Assembly (NCBI RefSeq): GCF_006345805.1
Contig: NC_043005.1
Span: 94,798,001 to 94,862,000 of the forward strand
Length of the DNA: 64,000 nt
From: Octopus sinensis
Taxonomy: Eukaryota
Direction: 5' to 3'
In this document: positions 41,267 through 54,859 of the stretch, piece by piece
Layout: each line of letters starts with the position of its first letter
How positions within the stretch are numbered: the stretch's first letter is position 1
Position numbers and translations under genes: made by a program
The notes under the pieces: model-generated
What the model saw: the letters and a program-made list of their open reading frames with translations, nothing else
Told to the model about the DNA's origin: nothing
Database searches by the model: none

Positions 41267-41328
41267 GTTAGCAAGCTACTTACCACACAGCCACTCCTGC
41301 GCCTTATAGATATAATATATATTATATA

Positions 41329-41339
<11 letters not shown>

Positions 41340-41359
<20 letters not shown>

Positions 41360-41855
41360 AAACTCTAGTTGTGTGAGTGTCTGTCCCCTTCGATTTAGAT
41401 TCTAACTCCTCCCACATTTTGCGGTGCAGTTTAACCAAATTCGGGTATCTTATAGTCGTGATTCATATCGAGCCCGTCCTGACTATTAGCGCGCGTCAAC
41501 GATGAGTCTACGATTTAAAAATAATTTAACATCATTTTTATTCCATTTTAAAAATGCATAAAATGCATCGTGGTGTCGATGGCGGTGGAGGTTGGCGTCC
41601 ACGCTCACAGCTGCACCTGTTTGCTTCTCCCCCTTCCTCTCCTCGTGAAGCTGTGGGGAAGGGAGTGTAAAGAAATCAACGTCGTAATGCGTTGTGAAGG
41701 AAACCAGCGTTCTTTTAGAACAACGACTTCATGGCTTGAAGACACCAAAACAAAAATGGCTAAGAAAGCCCGAATTTATAAGGGAAGTAACTCTCTAAAA
41801 ATGCTTATATAGTTATTTCCCTTACAAACCCGAGCAACGCCGGGCGATACTGCTA

Positions 41856-41856
<1 letters not shown>
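41340..41856 (+). mobile_element. Non-autonomous Helitron-like element
   Basis: Starts in (TA)n...TATAAAACTCTAG; ends CCCGAGCAACGCCGGG...CTGCTAG|T. 5' limit approximate. Confidence 0.55.
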
Positions 41857-41919
<63 letters not shown>

Positions 41920-43007
41920 CCATAAGAACTCAGGTGGTATGAGAAATGAATATATTTATTTAACCACTTGATATCCGTGGGATTACGGCTGTTCTGCAAC
42001 CTTCATCATGTAATAAAAATTTTACGATATAATAAATTATTTTACATATATATGTGTGTGTGTATGTGTGTGTGTATAACTATACGTATACATACATACA
42101 CATATATACACACATACATACGCAGAGGCACACACACACATACATATATATAATATATATTAAATTCACAGTAATCTGAAGTTTACAATGAATCTGTTAT
42201 CATTATTTTATTACTTATTGAAAATTCGTAAAATAAACATCAATAAAGATAATTTAACAATATTCCTCCCCATCCCCCCAAAAATGTAAAATAAATAATA
42301 AATGAAATGAAATAGAAACAGAGCACTCTGATATAATATTTAGAGTAGAGACTATTCCCAAAGAAACCTTTAGTTCAAGATGTTCAACAGGCATTTTTAA
42401 AATGGTGCCCAACTCATGTTGATTGTGTGAGATATTGAAAATATTTTACTTTAAATGTCAAACTCTCAGGCTTCCTTTGACAGCAAAATCACTCGCAAAT
42501 GAAAATATATCTATCTAAGGACACTGTACTTCTATGTAGTTATGAAAGTAGGTACATACGTACAAGTGTATGAATATATATATATATATATGCGTGTGTG
42601 TATGTATGTATATATGTGATATATGTGTGTATATATACGTATACACCGACATATGTACACATATACATATAAGTATATATATATGTATCACTATAGGATA
42701 TATACTATGTGTGTATGTATGTATGTATGTATGTATGTATATATATATATATATATATAGGTATGTATATATATATGCATGTGTATATATATATATATAT
42801 GCTTATGTATATATATATATATGTATGTGTATATATATATATATATATATATGCATATATAAATAGATAGATAGGTAGATGAGTGCGTAACTATCTAATG
42901 TGTGTATATATTTGTATATGTGAATGTGTGTTTATATATTCGGCATGTGTGTGGTGTATATGTGTATGTATGTATGCGTGTATGCGTGTGGATATCAAAG
43001 TGTGTGT

Positions 43008-43091
<84 letters not shown>

Positions 43092-43488
43092 TTGTGTAAG
43101 TGGTTTTAATATTTTATCCCAATATTCTTCAAACAGAAGTATGCAAGATAATAACTAAATGACAAGGCTCCCTCTGGTAAAGGACAGGTCACTGAAAGTT
43201 GGTTAGGTTAAACACTGCGGTTTCAGAGAAGTGGTTCTAAATACATTAATTTATTACACACGTATGTTTTCTCAATAATTGCATGTGTGTCTGAATGTAT
43301 GTGTGTGTGGGTTTATACATTTGTGTGATATATTTATAATGTAATATATACACGTATGTGTCCGTATGTATATATGTATACATCTATAATCTAAGTGTGC
43401 ATTATACATATGTAGGTATGTATATGCACGTATATATATATAAGTGTATATGCGTGTGCATGTGTGTATTATTGTGTGTATATATGTG

Positions 43489-43546
<58 letters not shown>

Positions 43547-43682
43547 CATACATACATACATACATACATACATACATACGTGCATATATATGTCTGTACG
43601 TATATAAGTATACATCTATGATCTATGTATGCAATACATACGTGGTGTGTGTGTGTGTTTGTATGTGTGTGTCTTTGTGTGT

Positions 43683-43723
<41 letters not shown>

Positions 43724-43754
43724 CATACATATATATATATATTATATATATATA

Positions 43755-43799
<45 letters not shown>

Positions 43800-44198
43800 G
43801 TATATATATATTATATATGTATGTATGTATATATATATCATGAAATACCCTTAATGCTTGCTTTCAATGTGACTTACCTGGAGTTCATTTTCGGCATTAG
43901 ACACACGAAATAATGTATGTGCTTGCATATCAATGGAGTTAACTGCATAATATTTCTTCTGGGCCAGTTCAGATTCTTTTGTGAAATACCTGAGCTACCT
44001 GTCACATGGTTGGTGTCGGAATTACGTGCTCAGCAATTCTAATCGTGGAAAGAAAATGCTGATGAAGAGCCTTTATTAGAAGGTAGCGTAATGTGTGGGG
44101 GAGAGAGAGGGAGAAATGAGGGAGAAAGAGAGAGACAGACAGAGAGAGATGCGGCAGATGTGTATTGTTGTCATGGTTGTTGTTTAGTTCCAGCTCGT

Positions 44199-44425
44199 TT
44201 GGCGGCGAGGTGGCAGAAACGTTAGCACGCCGGGCGAAATGCGTAGCCGTATTTCGTCTGCCGTTACGTTCTGAGTTCAAATTCCGCCGAGGTCGACTTT
44301 GCCTTTCATCCTTTCGGGGTGGTAAATAAGTACCAGTTACGTACTGGGGTCGATATAATCGACTTAATCAGTTTGTCCTTGTTTGCCCCCTCTATGTTTA
44401 GCCCCTTGTGGGCAATAAAGAAATA
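44199..44425 (+). mobile_element. SINE family B, full length, with 24-bp TSD
   Basis: TSD GGTTGTTGTTTAGT(T/C)CCAGCTCGT at 44175-44198 and 44426-44449; tail TCTATGTTTAGCCCCTTGTGGGCAATAAAGAAATA. Confidence 0.9.
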
Positions 44426-45061
44426 GGTTGTTGTTTAGTCCCAGCTCGTCTGTTTCAGCGGACCTATGATCATTGGCTTTCCAGTCGTGACTATCCCGCT
44501 TTTTCCTATATTTAAGACCATGTTATCCAACTTGACTTTTTCTAAGATGTTAGATTATATTTAAGTGATATTTGCTTGCTATTTCTTGTAGGTAGACTAA
44601 CCACGTGCAGGCTCCTCTCCTTGACTCGTTGTAGTAATAATTGTTGCAGCTTGGCTCCAAGTCAAACTTTTATTCAATGAACCTATGATCAAAAGCATTC
44701 CAACTATGACCATCGTGTCTGTTGTTCCCGTAAGTAAGGAATCCTTGATTACATTATTCGACGTGCCTGCTGTTTCTAGCAAGTTGATTGACCACGAGGA
44801 AGTCGTAGATGTTGATGATGTTGTTTAACCCTAGGTCGTCCCTGATCAAGTAGAACTATGATCAAAGCTTTGACAGCCATGACCACCCTGTCTTTTTCCT
44901 CTGTGTCGTGAACCCGGTGACGTATCTTAACGTATGTGTTCTTTTCGAAGACTGCAGGATGTCATCTGAGGGAGCTTTGGCTACTAGTTCTGGAAGTTTA
45001 AGCAGCCACAAGTATCATTCCTTAACCTTCATTAACCCATAGCACTGTCTGTCTGTCACTC

Positions 45062-45072
45062 TATCTATCCAT

Positions 45073-45131
<59 letters not shown>

Positions 45132-45207
45132 CTATCTATCTATCTATCTATCTATATCTCTATCTATCTATCTCTATCTATCTTCTATCTATATATCTAT
45201 CTATCTA

Positions 45208-45256
<49 letters not shown>

Positions 45257-45290
45257 ATGTATGTATGTATCTATATCTGTCAATCTACCT
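45062..45290. repeat. (TATC)n/(TGTC)n array without an insertion (candidate empty target)
   Basis: Direct read; no Tx1 3' end adjacent. Confidence 0.85.
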
Positions 45291-45992
45291 GTCAGACAGA
45301 CAGATTGATCGATAGATAGACAGATAGAAAGATAAAAAAAAAATAGAAAAAAAACGAGAAATAGGGAGGAAAAGAAAGATCGAGAGAAGAAAACTAAAAG
45401 AAATGACGAAATGGAGCCGATGTATGAAGAAAAGAACTTCGGCTCAGATCCTCTGTTGTTTCCCTATGTGAAGGGAATTCAGGATTGCATTATCCAACAC
45501 GTTCCTTGTTCTAAGGAACATGATGGATAAAAGTTGAGTGTAAGAGAGTCAGGAGGCGGAATAAGCGAGAGCAAAAAGGTAGAAAACTACAAAAGGTAGA
45601 AAACGAGGGATTACGGAAAGACATATAAAGCGAGTAAGGAAGTCGGTGAGAAAGAGCGGGAGAAAGGAGAACAAAAAAAGTAAGGAAAAGTTGACAAAGA
45701 TAAAGAACAGGGACAGAAAGGGAGGGTGAGGGGGAGAGTCTAAGTAAAAAAAATGATTTATAAAATAGAGAGGAGAGAAACAATGAATGAATGAAAAAGA
45801 GTTCGAAATAACAGAAAATTAAAGGAAAGAAAGAAAGAGGCGAGAAAGAGATGAAAGAATAAAGAACGAGAGAAGAAAAATGAAGGATATGAATAAATAT
45901 TAAAAGTAGACAGATGAATTGAGAGAGTGGGGGCTTAGAACAAAATAGGTAGGGAGTTAACGAAAGAGTCAAGAAAAATAGGGAGCTTAGAC

Positions 45993-46185
45993 CAGTGCTC
46001 CGCAACCGGTATGGCACAGTACACTTGTGTGCCACGAGACGATGCTAGGAGTGCTGCAATGTAACCTGAATATAATCCCCCCCCCGCCTCCCTATACTTT
46101 TAGTTATATTTTTAGTTCGGGTGTGCCGCTGAGTTTTGAAAAGAATATAAGTTTCCTGCAAGTGTAAAAAGGCTGCTGAGCACTA
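45993..46185. mobile_element. hAT-type MITE, 193 bp
   Basis: Imperfect TIRs CAGTGCTCCGCAACC / GGCTGCTGAGCACTA; 8-bp TSD GCTTAGAC / GATTAGAC (7/8). Confidence 0.7.
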
Positions 46186-46347
46186 GATTAGACAAGCAAG
46201 AGAGAGATAAATAGAAAAATGGATAGACAAATAGACAGATAGATTTATATAGAGAGAGAGAAGAGGGAGAGGGAGAGAGAGAAGACGTGACGCACAAGTG
46301 GGGAGTTTAAGATAAATACAAGAAAAGTAGAGACAAACAGATAAACT

Positions 46348-46491
<144 letters not shown>

Positions 46492-46643
46492 TGAGGGAGG
46501 AAGGGAGGAGTGGGAGATAGACAGATAGAGAAGGGGAGGGAGAGATACACAGATAGATAGATAGATAGATAGATAGATATGAGGGAGGAAGGGAGGAGTG
46601 GGAGACAGACAGATAGAGAAGGAGAGGGAGAGATACACAGATA

Positions 46644-49209
46644 AGTTTCTTTATTGGCACACAGGGCTGCACACAGATGGGACAAGTTACAAGGTAGTAC
46701 ATTTCTGTTGGGGGATGAAAAAAACAAAAAACAAAAGAAACAAACAAAAAAAGGGGTGGCGTAGGTTTTCGATCAAGAGGGATCGTAAAAGGGAAGAAAA
46801 GAACAAAAAAATAAATAAATAAATAAAAGAAAAAAGAAAAAAGAAAAATAAAAAAAAGAAAAGGAAAAGGAACAAAAGAAAAGAGAAATGAAAAAAGAAG
46901 AAAAAAGGGGAGAAAAGGGGGAAGAGGAAAAAAAACGATCAATAGGGATCGTGTATCACAGTGTTATGATATATGGTGTAAAGGGGAAAGCAAGTAAGGT
47001 TTATCCGTGGGAAGAAAAGCCTACGAAAAAGACCACGGTAACCTTGGTCAATATTGTTATATGTTACCACATTTGTTTGCAAGTGGGTAACCCTCTGTTT
47101 TCAATTTCTGGGTTCATAGGATTATGCTCACGTCATTCATACGTGCCATCCTTGCTACATTCACCCATCTTTTTTTAAAACATTCGCTAGACAAAACTTG
47201 CCTCTCTACTTTCACTTTCCTTTTCAAGTGGTACTTGAAGAAGTTGATGAGAGATTGACCAGAGAGGAAAGTGTTTGTCTCCAATCCTTTCAGACGCGTC
47301 CACCAGATACATTCTTTCACCATAGCCACAAGGATGATGAAAATAGCTCTTCCTTCCCGTTTGAAGGAAGGAGGATTGACAATATTGACGATAGACTCAG
47401 CTGATAAACCGACTCGTCCCACACGTGACAGCAGTTGTTCGACATAAGCCCACAGGTCGGAAATTGTTGGACACTGCACGAGGGCGTGCAGAACGGTTTC
47501 GTCGCTCTGATCGCATCTCGGGCAGGTCGGCCCCGTGTTTCTCGAGCCGTGTCTGTACAGCTTATCCCGAACGGGTAGCGCTTCTCGGTAGCACTGCCAG
47601 GCCAGGGATCTCTGGAAGTTGTCCATGGGCCCTGGCCCGAAAGTCGTCCTGAACAGGCGGGTCAGGTACTCCTCGTCGACGTCCAGGTTCGCCCCGAGCT
47701 CGTCGTCGTACCTCCCCTCCACTAATCCCCTATAGAATGCTTTGGTTGTGTTGAAGTCACTCAAGGTCGACCCAGGACGGCAGAGTTGCTTGAGAGCAAC
47801 GCGACACTCGCGGTGCCATTCGCCCTTCCTCGGCCTCTTTTTGATCCACGACTGCAGTTCGGTCATGGAGACGAGCTGCGGGAAAGCGTGCCTCACAAAC
47901 GGCGACCACACCTGTTCACCGTCGTCTACGAAGAGCCTGAGATGTCGCAGTCTCAGCGCGTGTCTGCGCATCATCAACCACGGCATGCCCAGCCCTCCTT
48001 TTAACGGGCGTTGACAGCAAATGGATCGCCTGACCATCGGGACGCATCCTTTCCACAAGAAGCGAAAGAGAATGCGTTGTAGTTTGGTGATGGTAGGGTC
48101 GGGACAAGGCACGACGGTCAGGAGGTAGTAGATGACGGACGCGATGTACGTGTTCGCCACCTCCGCCCGACCTTTCAGGGACAGTTTCCTCTCGGCCCAT
48201 TGCCGGGCGAGAGTGACCACCCTACTCGTTATCTCGTTCCAGTTCTTCTCCACTTGGAGGTCCGGACCAAACCAGACCCCGAGCAACTCAACCGAGCCGT
48301 CGGTCCAGCGTCCCACGACGGAGGTGCTGGTGGACGGCATGGGCTTGCTTCTCCAGGTGCCTAGTCGCAAGCCCACTGATTTTTCCCGGTTGATTTTCGC
48401 TCCTGTCACCGCTTCGTAGTTTTTCAGTGTCTCGCCGTCATGGATGGTCCGGCCCGGTACGGTGCATGTTTGCGCCTTGTCGACCAGTTTCTCGATGACA
48501 AGCGCCAACCTCTTGGCTAGCACCTTGGCCAAAATTTTCAAATCTGCATTAAGCAGAGTGATGGGCCTAAAGTTATCTATTACATTTCCCTTGTTTAGAT
48601 CTTTCTTCAGCAGTGTTACGGCTCCTCGGCTCACAAAACCAGGAATGCTCCCGTTTTGCTGCCAGTTGCAGTACACCGCCACCAAGAGATCTCCAAACAA
48701 GTCTGGCATACAATTATAAAGCTCGTAGGGTAGACCATCCAAACCCGGTGATTTGTCCCTCGAGCATTCTGGCATCGCGTCCTGCACTTCCGCCGCCGTG
48801 ATGGCACCTTCGCAGCACCCTGCCTTTCTTGTCGAGAGTCGTGGTAGGCTATGTAGGTAGGCACTGAAGTCCACCCTACGTTCTTGCCCTCCACTCGTCC
48901 TGAACAGTCGGGCAAAATGCTGCTGAAAGGCCTCACACATTTTACTTGGCTCGAGCAATTCGCGCCCCTGTTCATCTACCAGGGACCGAATGGTGGCTTT
49001 GTTGCCCTGTTGCGCCTCTGCCACCCGGGCCTCTCTCGCGGCTCCAACACCCTCGTTCCTTAGAGCACGCATCCTAGCTCTGACAGCACATCCTTCGTGT
49101 TTGGCGTTGAAGTGTTGGTCGAGGGCCAACCTCGCCGCCAAAACGTCGGATGCGATGCCGCTTCTAGCTTCTTAACTAGCTCACACTCTACTCTATTTCT
49201 ATCTATGGC
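46644..49209 (-). mobile_element. 5'-truncated (TATC)n-targeting Tx1 element with an internal RT deletion
   Basis: 10-bp TSD TACACAGATA (46634-46643 and 49210-49219); 3' junction AATAAAGAAACT|TATCT; (GATA)n at 49215-49327. Confidence 0.92.
47114..49141 (-). pseudogene. Open 675-aa ORF2 fragment lacking APE (truncation) and the RT catalytic core (in-frame deletion)
   Basis: KSPGLDG, FRPITLLN, then GRTIHD|GETLKNYE with no LDQSKAFD or YADD; intact C-terminal CPRCDQSDETVLHALVQC. Confidence 0.9.
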
Positions 49210-49214
49210 TACAC

Positions 49215-49328
<114 letters not shown>

Positions 49329-50018
49329 AGTAGAAATTGTTAAGTATAAAGTTGGAAAGTGGATAAAAATAGATAAGTGGAAAAAAGAAGAAAGTAAATG
49401 AGACGAAATGACAGTAAATAAAGATGAATTATTAAAAACTAATAAGAAAAAAATAATAACGAGAAAAAAGCCTAGAGAAAAGAAAGAAAGTACGAAATGA
49501 ATTTAATAAAGACAAAATGGAAAGACTGACGAATTGAAATGAAAGAATGGAAGCTAAACTAAGAATGAAATAGATGGAAAAAAATGAAAGGAAAGAGATT
49601 GAAAGATTTAATAATGGTAATACATAAAAAATTCTAGATTTTTTTTCTTTCTCATTCGATACTTTCACTATTTCTCCTGTTATAAAGTTTAAAACACATT
49701 TATATCTCAATGAAAATAAAAATAAAATTATGTCAATATACTTATATATATCTTTTATATCTTTTAGGACTTTATATCTTTCATCAGCGAGCATTTGATG
49801 AAAGTATTAGATTTGGAAAATAAGAAAAAAAGACTCATAATTATATATGAACATGAATATCTCGTTCTTTTAGTAAAACGAACTAAAAAAAATTCTAGCT
49901 TCATCCATATTTTGTGGTTGTAGTTCTTTCTCACTTGTTTACAAAATATTTCTAGAATTTCAATCATAACTGTCTTTTTGTACATTATTTTGACGTTTCT
50001 GACTGTTATTGATGTCTA

Positions 50019-50500
50019 AACCCTCTTGCTTGTTGTCAAAATGCAGGAGGTTACCCGCGCCATGTCGCACTGAACGACATTATAAAAAGCATTCTCAGCG
50101 CAGCCAGTTTTCCCGTCAGGACTTATTAGCCCCATTTGCAGCGATGGTAGGCATTTGGAGCAATGAGATTAATCCTATTTCTCTTTCGAGAGAGGTAAGT
50201 CGCTTGTCTGCAACGCCAGATGTTGGGATACATTTTCTAATGCTAGCACCGTCTCTTCCGTCATAAACCTGGGAGGTGCCAGTCGCTATGTCAAGAAGTG
50301 GAAAATGACTAAGAACAGGTCACTAACGGACATTTTTCGTTTTAGTAACAGTCACTGTTTAAATCCACGACGTTCACCTGTTAATTTCGGATGAAAATGT
50401 AGTACCTGAGGAAAGAACATCGTGAGATTGGGTGACTGGCGGAGCACGTATTACTGGCTGTTTTTCGCAGTATCACTTTGGTGATATTGTGATAAGATTA
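50019..50500 (+). pseudogene. Decayed restriction-like endonuclease (RLE) C-terminus of a CRE-like non-LTR element
   Basis: Manual translation LACCQNAGGYPRHVALNDIIKSILSAASFP, then DGRH... and ...GKSL...DTF in shifted frames; resembles the RHxxLND / PD-(D/E)xK RLE domain. Confidence 0.55.
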
Positions 50501-52339
50501 TTGACCAAAAGATAGTGTAGAGTTTGTTTTGCTTTGTATTTTTTTTTTTGCCTTGTTTCTCTTTTGCTGAGTACATGTACTGTTATATTGTAGAATTTGA
50601 GAATAATTCTAATTTTCGAAGCCAACCATTTCGTGAATCATTCATTACTATCGGCAAATACAGTGAAAGCAATGTTTCGCTGATGGAGTTAGAATAAAAC
50701 GAAACATGCCCAGAATTGTCTCCCATCTCACCTAACAGAATATTGGCTAATTTTGTATTCAACATTACATATTTGTTTTTGGTTATCATGAATATACTAT
50801 TAGCAGATTTAATGTATGGAGCTTTAAAAAATAGATCTTGCATATATTACACATATTTTCACATAGGTTGTATGATAGTTAAGTATATTTTTCCGCCATC
50901 CAGTACTTAGACGTGTCTATATCAAAAGCACTTAACTCTATCAATAGCTAATCAATGCTCAGCCCAAAATAGAATGAGTTGCTACTGTTAGCATGAGGAG
51001 AATAATAAACTTTACAGCTGTTCCGTTAGGTTGTTGTACTGTGTTGAATTCCTACTGTAAGTGTAACTTGAAAAGAAGAGAAAGCTCCGTTACCACCATT
51101 CTGAGATATATGAAAATTAAAAGTGACGAACCGGCAGAATCTTCACAGCGCCAAACCAAAATGCTTTGTGGCATTTCTTCCGCCATAAAGTTCTAAATTC
51201 AAATGTCTCAGGAGTCGATTTTGCCTGTCATTCTTTCGAGGTCAATAAAATAAGTACCAGTTGAGCACTGGGGTCAATATAATCAACTCACCTCTTACTT
51301 CGAAATTGCTGGCTTTCTGCCAAAATTTGAAACCAATATTATATGAAACTTATATATGCCCTTACAATAAAATGTGTTCCCGTGAAAGGAGGCAGCATCT
51401 ACACGCTTTCACTCTCAAATTAAGCAACAGAATTTCTATCCGAATAAAAGGATGGAGAAAGGGTCTATCACTAAGTATAACCAACGAGAGCATAGCTATG
51501 AAGTTGCTTGAACTGGTAGAAATAGCAGCCAAATCTTTAAATTTTACTCTACCAACTTAAATGTTATTAAAAGTACTAGACAAACTAATAAGTAATTTTG
51601 GTACTTAAGTTCGCACATTTTCACAAATTTATCAATAAATTTCATTGTATAAATTTTTCAACTTTTGCCTGTTGTAAATAAAATTGCTATTATAAATTGA
51701 CTTCATTAATTTTTAATTGATATTCATTAATTTTAAATGAAAGTTCATATGATTTAAATTAAAGTTCATAAAATTTAAATCATAGTTCAATTGTTTTAAT
51801 TTGAGAGTGATTTGTATTCATTTGAAATCCATTTATATCAATTTGAATTTTAGTTGTTTTAATTAAAGAGTGAAAGATGTGCTTCTAAAAACTTATGCGG
51901 ACAGATTATGCACCTTTTTATACTTACAGCTCTCCAACATACTCAATCTTATATGAAGCTTCTTTATCGACGAGCTGCCAAAAAGAGCAATTAAAAGTTC
52001 ATCAAACTATACATAACCGTCTTTAAAAGATATACATTGGATCTGCATAATCGTTAGAACGTCAGACAAATTAATTGTGGTATTTTTTCTGCTTCTGAAG
52101 GTTCTGAGTTCGAATCACCAATTTCGCTTTTCATCCCATGGGGGTCGATAAACTAACGTATCAGTCAAATACTACTATCAATAGTAAGACTGCTCCTCGT
52201 TCATGTCTTACTCAAAGATATTGTCCTACAAAAGTCCCAGAGAGACATTAAAGATATTGATCTCACCGGTCTAGGAGAGTTTACGAAAAACATTAGTACT
52301 GCTCCTTCCAGTAGACCCAGTAAGTAAATAAGAGAAAAA

Positions 52340-52626
52340 GTATATCCGTGCATTGAACTCTCTCGTCGAAGATGACGTACGGCTGTTCAGCTTTTACCGA
52401 AACACCTGCACAAATGATTTGTTTATAGTGATCAAATATTCGTGCCGCACATTGGCTCACTCTCTCCCCATCAAATCGAAATAATCTGAATAGGTGCACG
52501 GTGTACCACCCGCCAGGCGTCGAAGTGATCGCAGAGCGATGTGAGATGAAGCGTTTTGATGAAGAACACAACACACCTCCCGGTCTAGGAGTTGGAACAC
52601 CCTAACCACTCAGTTATGCGCCTGGT
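52340..52626 (-). mobile_element. SINE family C copy
   Basis: Minus-strand head CCAGGCGCATAACTGAGTGGTTAGGGTGTTCC; body matches 20330-20545; 3' limit approximate. Confidence 0.55.
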
Positions 52627-52643
52627 GGTTATATACGATATAA

Positions 52644-52803
52644 TGAAGGCGGCAAGCTGGCAGAAACGTTAGCACGCCGGGCGAAATGCTTAGCGGTATT
52701 TCGTCTGTCGTTATGCACTGGGATCGATGTAATCGACTTAATCCGTTTGTCTATTCTTGTTTGTCCTCTCTGTGTTTAGCCCCTTGCGGGTAGTAAAGAA
52801 ATA
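52644..52803 (+). mobile_element. SINE family B, internally deleted, with 17-bp TSD
   Basis: TSD GGTTATATACGATATAA at 52627-52643 and 52804-52820; head AAGGCGGCAAGCTGGCAGAAACG; tail TCTGTGTTTAGCCCCTTGCGGGTAGTAAAGAAATA. Confidence 0.88.
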
Positions 52804-54066
52804 GGTTATATACGATATAAGCCTGACTAATCATCAGGCATTGACTTGTATGTCGACAGAATGTCGGATATGTACAGCACTGAGATAAAAGCTCTTCATT
52901 ATTATAATAATATCGTACTTCAATATTCTGATATCTTGTGTACATTAGACTTGAGTCAGCCATCTTATGAATGAATCTGGCTGGGTGAAAACTGTGCAGA
53001 AGCCTATCAGAAGAACTGTGGCCGTAATTCGAAGGATCTGGTTTATCAAAAGCTGTTATGTTAATCCTGTTTCAAGTTTACATTAAGGATGCATGTGTGT
53101 GATGCCTACTCAGTTAAGTACTTACACGCTGATTCAATGATTAGGTAGCTCAATTGCTCGAATAACTGAATAATTAACTTACAGCCGAAGTGATGGAGAA
53201 ACATTAGCATTTCACAAAACAGTACGATTTAATGGATTTGTCGCTGTTTAGTTACGTAGTCAAGAGTGGTTGTAATTTACTTCTTGAATTTATTTATCGA
53301 GACGGTTGTGAATAAGGTGAATGTGTTTCTTTGGTTGTGGTTTCTTTGGTTTGTTTGTTCCCAAACAACACTTATTTTAGTGCTGTTGACACCGCCGGAT
53401 TAAATGGTACTGCCCAGGTGTCGAAATCATAATGATATCCCTGGGGCAGCTAATGATGGAAGTATGTTGTATTGTTGGTATGGCTGTTTTTGTATATGTA
53501 GAATAGTATTATTGGTATGGATGTGGAATAGTATTATAACAGATCCTTTTGATGTGTGCGTGTGTGTGTGTGTATGTAAATATACACATATATGTACTAA
53601 AACCGCATATATTACGTAATTTTACTTTTAGAATTTTAGCCTAAACTTGCATTACAAATGGAGATGGTACGAAAACATGTATAATTTATAATCAAAGAAG
53701 TGTTAAAGAATTGTCTTCCTCTTCTTTTTATTGGATACATATATATATCGCTATGGACTCCGTGTGGGCAGTCATCTAAGAGTTTTTGTTCATCTTGATG
53801 CTGACATAAGTTCCTTGTTTTTCCTGATGAGAAGGCGGCATAATGCACCCCTTATTCCTTCGAAATGAGGAATATGCAGCCTTCGAAACATATGTCGAGA
53901 ATAAAGGAATTTTTTTAAATCGTCGTTCAGCTCCATTCTTTCATTTATTTGTATTAAAAAAAACACACAAATTTCCACACGAAAGCACGTGTTTTTCTGA
54001 CGTGAATTTGCTACCCAGGTATCGGTTAACCGAATTATCCATACTAAGATAATTCATTCAACTACT

Positions 54067-54174
<108 letters not shown>

Positions 54175-54182
54175 TAATATAT

Positions 54183-54220
<38 letters not shown>

Positions 54221-54244
54221 TATATATAATATATATATATACAA

Positions 54245-54282
<38 letters not shown>

Positions 54283-54546
54283 ACATGTGTGTGTGTGTGG
54301 GGGGGGGTAATTCTATTGAAATAAAGTCTGAAATGAGGAAATGATTTCAAAACCAGGATTGAATGGTTTATCTACATGAATTAAAAACCACTTTTCCTTT
54401 TTTTTTCTCTGTATGTGTGGATATGGAGGGGGGTGTTTTATTTATTTATTTAAATTTTTTTTGTTTAATTTTTGGGAAAAGTATCAGTTTTTTACAACAC
54501 TGATGTTAGAAGAAGAAGAATGTTATGAAAACTACAACTACTACTT

Positions 54547-54578
<32 letters not shown>

Positions 54579-54808
54579 GGTGGTGGTTGTGGTGGTGGTG
54601 GTGGTGGTGGTAGTGGTGGTGGTGATGACTTCAGTAGTGCCAAAGTCATAATAACTGTGGCGTCCAAAGTCAATTCACGATGAGGACCAATGTGATAAAA
54701 ATCGTTCGGAGCGTAAATCACCATTTTCCTTCCACATTAGTATTTAAATAGACACTTTATCTTTCTTTCTTTCACTCGCTATCCCTCTCCCCACTCTTAA
54801 TAAATATA

Positions 54809-54859
<51 letters not shown>

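Larger units (their letters stand above)
38656..41304 (-). mobile_element. SINE family A copy split by the ORF1-only insertion (body/tail 38656-39044, head 41267-41304)
   Basis: Removing 39045-41266 and one TSD copy restores AGGCGCAGGAGTGGCTGTGTGGTAAGTAGCTTGCTAACCAACCACATGGTTCCGGGTTCAGTCCC...(GAGTAAAA)n. Confidence 0.9.

Noticed and set aside
52266-52591. 12-bp direct repeat CCGGTCTAGGAG ~310 bp apart
   Set aside because: The second copy lies inside the SINE head, so it cannot be that SINE's TSD; treated as chance.
53636-53978. Possible transposase remnant
   Set aside because: No diagnostic catalytic motif identified.
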